62,656 nucleotides of DNA. Source: an uncultured Candidatus Saccharibacteria bacterium (GTDB taxonomy: Bacteria > Patescibacteriota > Saccharimonadia > Saccharimonadales > Saccharimonadaceae). Of the stretch, positions 37,139 to 46,903 are shown piece after piece (the first letter of the stretch is position 1; each line of letters begins with the position of its first letter). The stretch lies in assembly GCA_964442535.1 (NCBI GenBank), contig CAYTZL010000001.1, forward strand, positions 1 to 62,656. The letters run 5' to 3'. The notes below the pieces were generated by a model. That model was given only the letters and a program-made list of their open reading frames with translations, was not told the DNA's origin and searched no databases. A program made the translations under genes and the position numbers.

Positions 37139-38038
37139 TCATTTCGCCTCATTTTTGACGCCCAACTCGTCCTTATCCCTCCCCACCTCCACCACTACCG
37201 CACAAATCTTTTTCGCCCCTCCCTCCACCATCACTTTCGCCGCCGACATCATACTCGACCCTGTCGTCCACACGTCATCTAACAGCACATACGTCATCAC
37301 CTCATCGATCACCCCACAAACTTCATACGCCCTCGCCGCCTGCTCTTGCCGTTCCTTCATCTTCGCCCCCACTTGCACCGTATCATTTTTCCTCCCCAAA
37401 ATCCGCTCACACCTCCACCCTCGCCTCCTCGCCAATTTCTTCGCCAATTGCCAAGTATGATCCACTCCTCTATCTCGCACATGTCTCCCAATCGTCGGCA
37501 AGGGAACTACCACCACCTTCCGCCTCCCCAGATCTCCCACACCCTCAGCCGGAACTCCCGAAGTTCCACTCGAAACTTCTAAGACATCCTCCGAAACCTC
37601 CAAAGCCCCCTCCGGAATCACCGCATCCAATAACCCCGCCAACACCTCCCCACACGCTCGCACCGACTTGTATTTATACTCCGACACCAATTTCGATAAC
37701 GCCCCCTCTCTCCACCCTACCGCCCAAATCCCCTCAAACACTGACTCGCACCCCACACACCCCTCCATACCTTCCGCCTGTTCATTATTATCACCACCAA
37801 AATCACCCTTAGCACCACTCCCCTCAACCCCCGCCTCATCGTCTCCGTTTTCAACATTTTTATCCTTTTCTGCAACCTCCCGCTTACAGATAGGACAAAT
37901 TTCTCTTCGTTGTTCTAACATGTATTTTTTACAACATTCGCAAAATACGCTCCCCAGTTTACCGCAACCCCTACAGGTATGCGGACAAACCCAGTCCAGC
38001 GGACTCCACTTTGTTGTATTTTTTACAACAAAACCCAT
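37139..38038 (-). CDS. ComF-family protein (double Zn ribbon + phosphoribosyltransferase)
   Basis: CRGC..CECC..CPIC, VVPLPT..RG, LLDDVWTTGSS. Confidence 0.85.
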   Translation of the reverse strand: MGFVVKNTTKWSPLDWVCPHTCRGCGKLGSVFCECCKKYMLEQRREICPICKREVAEKDKNVENGDDEAGVEGSGAKGDFGGDNNEQAEGMEGCVGCESVFEGIWAVGWREGALSKLVSEYKYKSVRACGEVLAGLLDAVIPEGALEVSEDVLEVSSGTSGVPAEGVGDLGRRKVVVVPLPTIGRHVRDRGVDHTWQLAKKLARRRGWRCERILGRKNDTVQVGAKMKERQEQAARAYEVCGVIDEVMTYVLLDDVWTTGSSMMSAAKVMVEGGAKKICAVVVEVGRDKDELGVKNEAK

Positions 38039-38109
38039 ATTTACTATTGCCTTTCTAGGAGAATACCATTATAATAAAGCATAACAATATAACGGAGGTA
38101 AATCAAGCA

Positions 38110-38607
38110 ATGGCTCGTACAAATGATGCCGATATGCTGATGGAAGACGACATAGCTCGTTTCTTCGATGAAGCTGAACCAGCTCCAGCCATCGATCGTA
38201 ACGAAAAAGCTATCCTCAACGTTGATGAACCATCAGATCCGGGGGCGAATGATGGGTGGGATGATACTGACGATTTTCCTGGACAGCTCGCTGTAGATGT
38301 CTATGAAACCGCCGATAAACTAGTAGTAAAAGCGCGTACCGCTGGCATTTCTAAGTCCGACTTAAATGTCACCATTTCCGACAACATCCTCACGATCTCC
38401 GGTATCCTTAGCGGCGGCGAAGACGAAAACACCACCGCTTGGCACATTCAGGAATGTTATTGGGGCGAATTCTCTCGCACGATCGCCCTCCCCGTCCCCG
38501 TTAAGGAAGAGGAGGGAACCGTAAAAGCCGAGCTCAAAGACGGCGTCCTGACTATCATGTTCGAAAAGGAACAACAGGATCAGCCTAAGAAAATCGCTAT
38601 CCAATAG
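38110..38607 (+). CDS. Hsp20/alpha-crystallin small heat-shock protein
   Basis: LAVDVYET, ECYWGEFSRTIALP, AELKDGVLTI. Confidence 0.9.
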   Translation: MARTNDADMLMEDDIARFFDEAEPAPAIDRNEKAILNVDEPSDPGANDGWDDTDDFPGQLAVDVYETADKLVVKARTAGISKSDLNVTISDNILTISGILSGGEDENTTAWHIQECYWGEFSRTIALPVPVKEEEGTVKAELKDGVLTIMFEKEQQDQPKKIAIQ

Positions 38608-39200
38608 CCTTTTCGCACCTTACCGATACTTTATCGACTATCCTATCGCTGTTCATCACCCTAAATCCTTAGCTACACTTCCTAGACGCTCAGAAACACC
38701 TCACTTCGCCACAGTCGACAATCTATCGACGCAACGTTCCCGTCAACCTACCGATTATTAGACTAGACATCAGAAATCAGGCAAACGAGAACACCCGGTC
38801 GTCGTTCGACCTTCACACACCAAAACCGTTCCGCCCCGCGGAGCGTTTTTGGCATCAGCCTCAACATTCGCAACTACTAACTACAACACCTACAAGCCGC
38901 GAGACTCTCTAAACTAGTGTCCAAAAAAAATACGCCATAACCGTCCCCACACCAACCATTCACCATTAAGTACACCCCCGTCCGACTTCAGCAGTTTCGC
39001 CCAATATGATTTTGAGGAGAACGCCATATTAGGCTTCACTACTTCCGTCTTTTACCGAGCCAATCGGCAACAATCACGTCTAATTATCACCTACTACCAG
39101 CCTATCACAAATCTTTCAAAACTTGCAAACACTAGCACGATATTTTCGCAAAAATCTTTTCTCCTAGAAAATAGACGTGTATCATAGGAACCGTTACTGG

Positions 39201-39352
39201 GCTGTTTTGGTCGCTCGCAGAGACATTTGCTATCTCTTCGCAGAGGGTGCGGAGTCACGACGAGCATTAGCGCCACGACCCCGCGACGGCGGGCGTCGTG
39301 GACGCGCCTCAAGAAGAGGTAGCAAATGTCTCTGCGCTCAGCTACAAACGGC
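39201..39352. repeat. Palindromic element family B, copy 4
   Basis: Core with compensatory changes (CCCGCGACGGCGGG); arms CGCAGAGACATTTGCTA / TAGCAAATGTCTCTGCG. Confidence 0.85.
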
Positions 39353-39407
39353 GCCTATGACAAAAGCCCTCCAGCTCCCGCCAGAGGGTCTCCGTCAAGC
39401 GTATCGA

Positions 39408-39809
39408 CTACCCCTTCGTCCCGAACACTCCCGACAGTACGAAGTTCACAATCATAAATGCCAGCAGCGCAATCACTAACCCAACCACGCCATACAACAC
39501 CGTATTCTTGCCCCTCGTCACCTTCGCAGCATCACCTTGCGACGTAATAAAGCTAATACCACCGATAATAATCATGATCACCGCAACAACCCCCACCACA
39601 CCGAGAATCACGTTAATAATCGTCGTAATTGTCTCCATCAAACTACCAGTATCATTCGCTGGGTCAATATTACACTCCGCAATCGAGTTCGCACTCGGCC
39701 GCAACGAACCTTCCGGACACGTCACCGCCATCACCTTCTCCGGCAAAGCCATTCCTAGCACCCCCGCCATCGTCACCACCCCCGCTAGTAGTAAACCTTT
39801 CAATTTCAT
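39408..39809 (-). CDS. TrbC/VirB2-like pilin
   Basis: IIIGGISFITSQGDAAKV..GKNTVLYGVVGL. Confidence 0.8.
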   Translation of the reverse strand: MKLKGLLLAGVVTMAGVLGMALPEKVMAVTCPEGSLRPSANSIAECNIDPANDTGSLMETITTIINVILGVVGVVAVIMIIIGGISFITSQGDAAKVTRGKNTVLYGVVGLVIALLAFMIVNFVLSGVFGTKG

Positions 39810-39826
39810 AGTAACCTACTCAGCCC

Positions 39827-40231
39827 TTAGCTAGCAAACACATTCGACAGTACGAAGTTCACAATCGCAAACGCCAGAATCGCCACGACCAGACCGACAA
39901 CACCGTAAAGAATCGTATTCCGCGCCTTCGCCACTTTCGATGTATCGCCTTGCGAGGTTACGAAGCTAATACCACCAATAATGATCATCACTACCGCGAC
40001 AAACCCGACCACACCGAGAATCACGTTAATAATCACGCTCAACGTGCTCATCAAGCTATTCTCGTTATTACCGCCTTGAATCCCCTCACACTGGCTCAAA
40101 TCACCACTCGGAGCCGCCTGACCATTCGGACAATAGACCGTCGCCGCATACGCCGGAGACATCATCGCCACCCCGCCTAGACCAAACACAGTCAAGGCCA
40201 CAGCAGCCAAACTCAAAGCTAATTTCTTCAT
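39827..40231 (-). CDS. TrbC/VirB2-like pilin
   Basis: IIIGGISFVTSQGDTSKVAKARNTILYGVVGL. Confidence 0.8.
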   Translation of the reverse strand: MKKLALSLAAVALTVFGLGGVAMMSPAYAATVYCPNGQAAPSGDLSQCEGIQGGNNENSLMSTLSVIINVILGVVGFVAVVMIIIGGISFVTSQGDTSKVAKARNTILYGVVGLVVAILAFAIVNFVLSNVFAS

Positions 40232-40319
40232 AACTTCTCCCTATTAACTAAATTACTCTTTACACCTATCATATAACACCACGCCGAACTTGTCTAGCTT
40301 TTTCTGACCTAATTTTACA

Positions 40320-40691
40320 CTATCCCGACACCCCCTGACTTACAAACGTCACAATCGCGAACGCCAACAGCGCCACAATCAACCCCACCAATCCATACAG
40401 AATCACATCCCGCGCCCGCTTCGCTTTCGCCGCATCTCCCGAACTCGTCATATACAACACACCCCCATAAATCATCACCCCCACCGCAATCACCCCCACC
40501 ATCGAAAGCACTACCGTGATCACCGTATTCGCCGCGCCCCCGATCGTCTCCGTCGTATTGCATCCCGCCGCCTCCAGAAGCTCCGGGTCCCCCTGTAAGT
40601 CATCACAAATCGACGCCGCCCCCGCACTTCCTCCCCCGAGCCCTAACACCAACATCGCCATTACAACTACCACCGCTAAAAACCTCTTCAT
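40320..40691 (-). CDS. TrbC/VirB2-like pilin
   Basis: IYGGVLYMTSSGDAAKAKRARDVILYGLVGL. Confidence 0.8.
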   Translation of the reverse strand: MKRFLAVVVVMAMLVLGLGGGSAGAASICDDLQGDPELLEAAGCNTTETIGGAANTVITVVLSMVGVIAVGVMIYGGVLYMTSSGDAAKAKRARDVILYGLVGLIVALLAFAIVTFVSQGVSG

Positions 40692-41378
40692 CTACAACGC
40701 TCCTCCTACCGAATTAATTATCCATCCCGTCAGCAGCGACGCAAATATTACTATCACTAACCCCGCCAATGCATACGTTAAGCTCCGCTTTGCCTTCTGA
40801 ATCTTTCCCGGATCCCCCTGTGCAATCATAAACTCCACCCCCGCCTTTATAATAAACACTACCGCTACCAACCCCGCCATCGAATACGCCCAACTAAAGA
40901 TATCCTGCAACCGCTCCGGCGTAAACTTCTGTTCCACCCCCGCCGCCTGATCGATTCCTAGTACAATCATCAACGTATTCACAATCACTGTCGCCCCCAT
41001 CGCTATCACCACCCCTATCACCGCTGAAGTCAGTGTCTTTTTCCCCCGCGCCGCCTTTCCCGGATCCCCCTGCGCCATAATATAAAGATAACCACCATAA
41101 ATCACCATCACTAGCGCAATATACCCCACCGCCAACATCAAATCAAACACAATATTCAGCACAATCACCCAAATATACCGCGACAACGCATCCGTATCAT
41201 CCTTCGCCGGCGACTGAATCTCCCCATTCTGGCAAATCAAACCAGCCTTACTGTAATACCACGGCCGAAACCCTAACGGAGTGCTATTACAATTATCCGC
41301 CGCCATTACCGGCGCCGGCGCCAAACTCGCCATCCCCACTATCAACATCCCCAAAAATCCCATAATTCTACGTTTCAT
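40692..41378 (-). CDS. Double-domain VirB2-like pilin (start likely MKRR at 41378)
   Basis: Two copies of G..Y/F..AQGDPGK...K..L..A..G. Confidence 0.75.
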   Translation of the reverse strand: MKRRIMGFLGMLIVGMASLAPAPVMAADNCNSTPLGFRPWYYSKAGLICQNGEIQSPAKDDTDALSRYIWVIVLNIVFDLMLAVGYIALVMVIYGGYLYIMAQGDPGKAARGKKTLTSAVIGVVIAMGATVIVNTLMIVLGIDQAAGVEQKFTPERLQDIFSWAYSMAGLVAVVFIIKAGVEFMIAQGDPGKIQKAKRSLTYALAGLVIVIFASLLTGWIINSVGGAL

Positions 41379-41497
41379 ACTCACATCTTACCATTATTCC
41401 TTCAAAAAACCAAGAACCTCCATCAAACATCCATAAAAGTATTGACTAAAACGGTTATGTGTGATATAATGAAAGTATACCCTGTTACAGGGCTTAA

Positions 41498-44400
41498 TTG
41501 AGAGGATTTATGAACAAATTAATTGCCCGAATTTCTGCCAGATTTTTGCTCGTCTTCGGTCTCCTTTTTGGTGGAGCCTTTCTTCTCAATAACTTCACTT
41601 CTCCAGTTTCCGCTGTTGACACACCTTCTACGGTCGTTACCGACGACGACCCCGTCGTGAATCGCCCCGACGAAGAGGGAACTACCGACTCTAACAACCC
41701 TAACACTTCTGACGATTCCGCTAACACCGACTCTTCCGAAAATTCCGAATCCCCCGAGGAATCCGACACAGCCTCGACTGCCGACGACTCCCACAACGCC
41801 TGTCAAGAACAAACCGGCTCGCTCTCTTGGCTCGTCTGCCCTGGTAGCGGCGTTATCGCGAACGCTATCGACGCCCTCTATACCGCTATCGGCGACATGC
41901 TCGAAATCTCTCCCGTCTCTATGGACGACTCCTCCCCGATTTACATCGTCTGGCAATACGCCCGCAACATCACTAACACCATCTTCGTCATCTTCCTCCT
42001 TATCGTCATCTATTCTCAGCTCACCGGCTTCGGCATCAACAATTACGGCATCAAGCGCGTCCTCCCTCGCCTCATCATCGCCGTCCTCCTTGTCAACCTA
42101 AGCTTCATCATCTGTTCTCTCGCCGTCGACGTCAGCAACATCATCGGCAACAGCCTCCGCAGCTTCTTCGCCACAATCCAGGAAAACGTCGTTACCTCCG
42201 GCGAAGCCTCCGAAGTAATCTCTAACTTCTCTCTCTCCTCCTTCCTCGCCACCGTTATCAGCGGCGGCGCGATTGGTGGCGTAGTCATTAGCGCCGTCGG
42301 CGGCGGTGGCTACCTCTTCTTCATGCTCCTCATCGTCCTCGTTAGCGCCATCATCGCCGTCGTTACCGGCCTTATCACTATCTCCGCCCGCCAGGCCCTC
42401 GTCGCCCTCCTCATCATGATCGCCCCTCTCGCCTTCGTCGCCTACCTCCTCCCGAACACCGAAAAATGGTTCACCCGCTGGAAAGACCTCCTCTTCCGCA
42501 TGCTCATCTTCTACCCTATGTTCAGCTTCCTCTTCGGTGCCTCACAGCTCGTCGGCTACACTATCATCATCTCCGCTAACAGCGGCTTCGGCATTATCCT
42601 CGGCATCGCCGTCCAATTTTTCCCGCTCTTCTTCTCCTGGTCGCTCATGAAAATGTCCGGCACCGTCCTCAACAACCTCAATTCCGGCCTCCGCCGTATC
42701 GCCAGCCCCGTTCAAAAAGGCCTTGCCGGCTGGTCTCTCAGCAAAGCCGACCAACAGCGCCAGCATCACCTCGCCAACTCTAACATGAGCGGTGCCCGCC
42801 TCCGCCGTTATCTCGACAAGCGCCGCGTCCTCCGCGAAGTTGACACCGAAAACTCCGCCAACATCCGCAAAAACCGCGCCACCGAAGGCGCCTACAAGAT
42901 CGCCTCCTCCAGCCTTGGCCGCGACGCCGAGGGGAATCTCATTTGGGAAAAACGCGCCAACCGCTACACCGTCAATGCTAAGCGCGCCAAACTCTCCGAA
43001 ACTCGCGCCACCACCGCCCAATCCCTCTATCAGAACACTCTCAGTGGCTATAGCGACTTCTTTACGGATCATACCGACGAAAGCCGCCGTATCGCCACCG
43101 CCCACGGCGAAGCTTTCCAAGACGCTATGGCACAGCAATTTCTTTCCAAGAATCTCGCTCAGGCCGACCAAGATTGGCTACTTGCTAAGTATTTTGAAGC
43201 TGGAAACGAACTCACTGCCGGCAACTCTTATCAGTACAACCGTCTTGTTAAAAGCGCTAACGGTACACTCCGAAATCAACTCGGCGAAGTCTCCGTCCTC
43301 GGTCAAGTTATTGCCGAAAGTGCCGCCATCGAAAAACGTCGCCGCACCGAAGCTCGCATTGTTATTACTAAATTCCCATACAGCAAAGCCGAATTTCGCG
43401 CTATGGCCTTCGACCTTGCTGGCATTAGCGACGAAGGCCTCGCTATGAATAGCAAAGGCGAAGTTATCGAAGACAAGTTCGGTAATCTCCTCCCCGGCAA
43501 AAAATACGAGCCATATCAAAAATACTTTGGCGTCCATAAAGAGACCGGTCAGGAAATCCCCAAAGAAGAATATGACAAACTCTCACCAGATGAACAAGCT
43601 GAATACAATCGGGTCCGTTATATGGATATTCCCGATGATAATGGTAATCACCGCCAGCGCGTCACAAGCGAAGATGCTGGCTATATGAAGGAAATGCTCG
43701 TCGACAACATCTTAATTGCCGACCCCATCAACCGCAACCGTTACGCCACCTCCATCGGCGCTGCCCGCAACGGGCAAGAAGCGGGCGTCCTTCGTCGCTA
43801 CCAAAGCACTATTGTCGGTGCCCTACTAGACGGCAAATACAAAGAGCATAACGCCGCCTTTTCCTCCATGCTTCTTTCTCAGCTCACTCAGGGTCTTATT
43901 CACACCCCTGGCCAGCTCTTAATCGCCGAGCTCCAAAGCCTTAACGTTGCCGCAAAAAACGGTCCCATCCTCATTAACGACAGTTACGCTCTCAACAACT
44001 GGGGTGCCGTCATCAAACACCTCAACAATGACGAGGAGTTTTCCAAATATATTACCGATGAAGATATTAGAACCTATGAAAACGTCAACACTGAGCAACT
44101 CGACGGCTTTATCGAAACAAAGAACAAGGACGGAGAAAGCACCTGGAAAAAATACACTCCAAAAGAACTCCTTGCAAAAAAGCAAAAAGGAGAACTTACC
44201 GATGAAGGCATATTTACGGCTAAGAAAAACTACCTCAAACATCAAATTATCGCCAAACTCGCCAATCGCCTCTTTACCGCTATGAACCGCGAACTTTCTC
44301 CGAGCGTTCTTAATGACCAAAAAACTTCCACCCTAGAAGCCCTTGTTGACCTAATTGACACCGTAAACAAAGCCGGCCTTCAAAACCTAGACCCCGAAGT

Positions 44401-44998
44401 CCCCTTCGATCAAAAAATTCGCGGCGATGATCCTGGTTACGTCTTGTCTAGCCCCGACCCCAGCATACTCCGCGAAAAAGCAGCCACCGCACAATACCTC
44501 CAAGAGCTTTTGCAAGAAGCCGCTAACCAGGGGATTAACGTTGGCTTTAAACCCGACCTAAGCATCGAAGAACTTCAGCAATATATTACTAACCTCTTAA
44601 CTCAGAAATTAGCCACAAAATCTTCTGATCCGGAACAATCTGCCAATGAAACTACTAAACGATTCCTCGACAAACTCAAGCACCACGAAAAACTCAAACA
44701 ATTCTTCGATAACCGCAATAATCCCAACACCATCCGCCAAACTATCAAAGACTACGCCAAATTTAACTCAACGGTCGACGGCTTCACAGCTAACCTCCTG
44801 AGCTACTTTGAAGAGAACGACACTCTTAACCCTCTTAGCGACGAACTCCAATTCCTCATTAATGAAGATATCCGCACCAGCGGCGTCACTTCTCCTGAGG
44901 AAGTAATCGCTCGAACCGCCGGTACCGACAACAACCAAGAAGAACGTATTGATGCTCTCCGTGACCAAATCATTGACCTTATCGACAAACGAACTTAA
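41498..44998 (+). CDS. Large polytopic membrane protein with VirB6/TrbL-like N-terminal half
   Basis: W...RNITN, IKRVLPRLIIA, ARQALV..IAPLAFVAYLLPNTEKWF; lies in the pilin/PrgI/VirB4 cluster. Confidence 0.7.
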   Translation: MRGFMNKLIARISARFLLVFGLLFGGAFLLNNFTSPVSAVDTPSTVVTDDDPVVNRPDEEGTTDSNNPNTSDDSANTDSSENSESPEESDTASTADDSHNACQEQTGSLSWLVCPGSGVIANAIDALYTAIGDMLEISPVSMDDSSPIYIVWQYARNITNTIFVIFLLIVIYSQLTGFGINNYGIKRVLPRLIIAVLLVNLSFIICSLAVDVSNIIGNSLRSFFATIQENVVTSGEASEVISNFSLSSFLATVISGGAIGGVVISAVGGGGYLFFMLLIVLVSAIIAVVTGLITISARQALVALLIMIAPLAFVAYLLPNTEKWFTRWKDLLFRMLIFYPMFSFLFGASQLVGYTIIISANSGFGIILGIAVQFFPLFFSWSLMKMSGTVLNNLNSGLRRIASPVQKGLAGWSLSKADQQRQHHLANSNMSGARLRRYLDKRRVLREVDTENSANIRKNRATEGAYKIASSSLGRDAEGNLIWEKRANRYTVNAKRAKLSETRATTAQSLYQNTLSGYSDFFTDHTDESRRIATAHGEAFQDAMAQQFLSKNLAQADQDWLLAKYFEAGNELTAGNSYQYNRLVKSANGTLRNQLGEVSVLGQVIAESAAIEKRRRTEARIVITKFPYSKAEFRAMAFDLAGISDEGLAMNSKGEVIEDKFGNLLPGKKYEPYQKYFGVHKETGQEIPKEEYDKLSPDEQAEYNRVRYMDIPDDNGNHRQRVTSEDAGYMKEMLVDNILIADPINRNRYATSIGAARNGQEAGVLRRYQSTIVGALLDGKYKEHNAAFSSMLLSQLTQGLIHTPGQLLIAELQSLNVAAKNGPILINDSYALNNWGAVIKHLNNDEEFSKYITDEDIRTYENVNTEQLDGFIETKNKDGESTWKKYTPKELLAKKQKGELTDEGIFTAKKNYLKHQIIAKLANRLFTAMNRELSPSVLNDQKTSTLEALVDLIDTVNKAGLQNLDPEVPFDQKIRGDDPGYVLSSPDPSILREKAATAQYLQELLQEAANQGINVGFKPDLSIEELQQYITNLLTQKLATKSSDPEQSANETTKRFLDKLKHHEKLKQFFDNRNNPNTIRQTIKDYAKFNSTVDGFTANLLSYFEENDTLNPLSDELQFLINEDIRTSGVTSPEEVIARTAGTDNNQEERIDALRDQIIDLIDKRT

Positions 44999-45040
44999 AC
45001 GACTTCACACAACACTCGCCATCCATGCTATAATATATAC

Positions 45041-45904
45041 ATGGCAACCTACAAAGTTCCGCAAGACGTTGAGGCGGACGATAAGTTACTTGGGCCGTTT
45101 ACCTTTAGACAATTCGTCTATCTGATGATTGTCTTTGGGCTAGTTATGGTCGCCGTTGGCTTGTTCCAAATTTTCCCGCTTCTCGCCATTATCCCGCTTC
45201 CTTTTATCTTCTTTTTTGCTATCCTTGCCCTCCCCATTAAAAAGGACCAACCTATGGAAACCTATCTCGCCGCCCTTTTCTCCTTCTACACGAAGCCTAA
45301 TAAACGTTATTGGATCCCCGGTCAAAGCGAATCGACCATCCTTATTACCGCCCCGAAAAAGGTCGAAGCTCCCCGCGCCCGCAATATTACTCAAGACGAA
45401 GCTAGCCACCGCCTCTCTTTCCTCGCCGACATTGTCGACTCCGAAGGTCGCGCTATTAAGAGTACCGGCACCGCCATGCGCGACGACCTCTACGCCGAAG
45501 CGAACAACGCTACCGATATTTTCGATTTCGACAACACCGAAAGTTACAACCTCAACCAAATGATCACTCAGCAACAAATCGAACATCGCGCCGCCGTCGT
45601 CAACCAAATGCGCGACGCTATCCAGCGCCTCGGCTACAGCGCCATGTCCGCCGATCAGTCTAGACCCTCCACCCATATCACCGGCCAGCGCGTAATCCAA
45701 CCCCTCAATCACACCCCCACACCACAACCAGCCCAACCTCAACCTACACAAACACAACCTCAACAACCTGCTCCCGTCACTCCGCCCCAGCCCACACCAA
45801 CAGTCCAACAACCCACTCCGCAACCTACTCAGTCCACCCCTACAAACACACCCCCTCAGCCCTCCTCCACCAACAACCAAGAAATTTATATTTCACTACA
45901 CTAA
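45041..45904 (+). CDS. PrgI-family protein
   Basis: YKVPQDVEADDKLLGPFTFRQF followed by two TM helices. Confidence 0.85.
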   Translation: MATYKVPQDVEADDKLLGPFTFRQFVYLMIVFGLVMVAVGLFQIFPLLAIIPLPFIFFFAILALPIKKDQPMETYLAALFSFYTKPNKRYWIPGQSESTILITAPKKVEAPRARNITQDEASHRLSFLADIVDSEGRAIKSTGTAMRDDLYAEANNATDIFDFDNTESYNLNQMITQQQIEHRAAVVNQMRDAIQRLGYSAMSADQSRPSTHITGQRVIQPLNHTPTPQPAQPQPTQTQPQQPAPVTPPQPTPTVQQPTPQPTQSTPTNTPPQPSSTNNQEIYISLH

Positions 45905-45913
45905 GGAGCATTA

Positions 45914-46903
45914 ATGAATCCACAATATCAACCTACTCAACCAACCCCAGCCCAACCCGCACCGGGCAGTTTTCCCACCCCGCAGCCTGCACAACCTTTA
46001 CAGTCGACTACTCCGTCATCTCCACAACTTCAGCAACCTCAACAATTCCCACAACCTCAGTCTCAGCCTACCGCCTACCCGCCTCAATACGCCACCCCTA
46101 ATACTGCTCCTCAATACCCTCAACAGCCCCAGCCGACTCAGCCCTACCCCGCTCAAAACGCCACCCCTCAACAACCAACCCAGCCCGCTGCTCCCACTCC
46201 TAAAGTCGTCGAAAATCCTATCTCCACTCAATCCACCCTCCTCATCTCTGAGCTTCGCGACAACCTTGTTATTATGAAAGATGGCTCCTTCCGCGCCGTC
46301 GTCGCTTGCCAATCTATTAACTTCGACCTCATGTCCGAAACCGAGCGCGAAGGCGTCGAATACAGTTACCAAAACTTCCTCAACTCCCTTAACTTTACCG
46401 TCCAAATCCTCGTCCGCTCGCAGCGCGTCGACATCGGCCCCTACATCGAGCGTCTTAATACTCTCCGCCGCAACAACGAAAACATGCTACTTGGCGTCCT
46501 TATGGATGACTATATTAACTTCATCGACGTCCTCTCTCAAGAAGCAAACATTATGGATAAATCTTTCTTCGTAGTTATCCCGTATTACAGTTCCGCCGAC
46601 GCCGAACGCCTGGTTAATCAAACTAAAAATCTCTTCCGCGGTTTTAGTAGAAAAACCCCCGACGTCACCCGCATTAACCGCGATACTTACAATAAGGCCG
46701 TCGACGAGCTTAGTAATCGTGTCGAATCTGTCGTTTCCGGCCTCTTCCAAATCGGTATCCACGCCGTCCGCCTCCGCACTCGCGAACTCAGTGAGCTATA
46801 TTACAATTTCAATAACCCCGATACTGCCGTCCGCGAACCATTAGTCGATTTCAGTAAACTTGCTACTACTTATGTTCGGAAAGGAGAAAAACAAAATGGC
46901 TAG
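45914..46903 (+). CDS. T4SS-associated protein (TraC/VirB4 N-terminal-like) with Pro/Gln-rich N-terminus
   Basis: STQSTLLISELRD, SINFDLMS..E, YQNFLNSL.F.VQI. Confidence 0.7.
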   Translation: MNPQYQPTQPTPAQPAPGSFPTPQPAQPLQSTTPSSPQLQQPQQFPQPQSQPTAYPPQYATPNTAPQYPQQPQPTQPYPAQNATPQQPTQPAAPTPKVVENPISTQSTLLISELRDNLVIMKDGSFRAVVACQSINFDLMSETEREGVEYSYQNFLNSLNFTVQILVRSQRVDIGPYIERLNTLRRNNENMLLGVLMDDYINFIDVLSQEANIMDKSFFVVIPYYSSADAERLVNQTKNLFRGFSRKTPDVTRINRDTYNKAVDELSNRVESVVSGLFQIGIHAVRLRTRELSELYYNFNNPDTAVREPLVDFSKLATTYVRKGEKQNG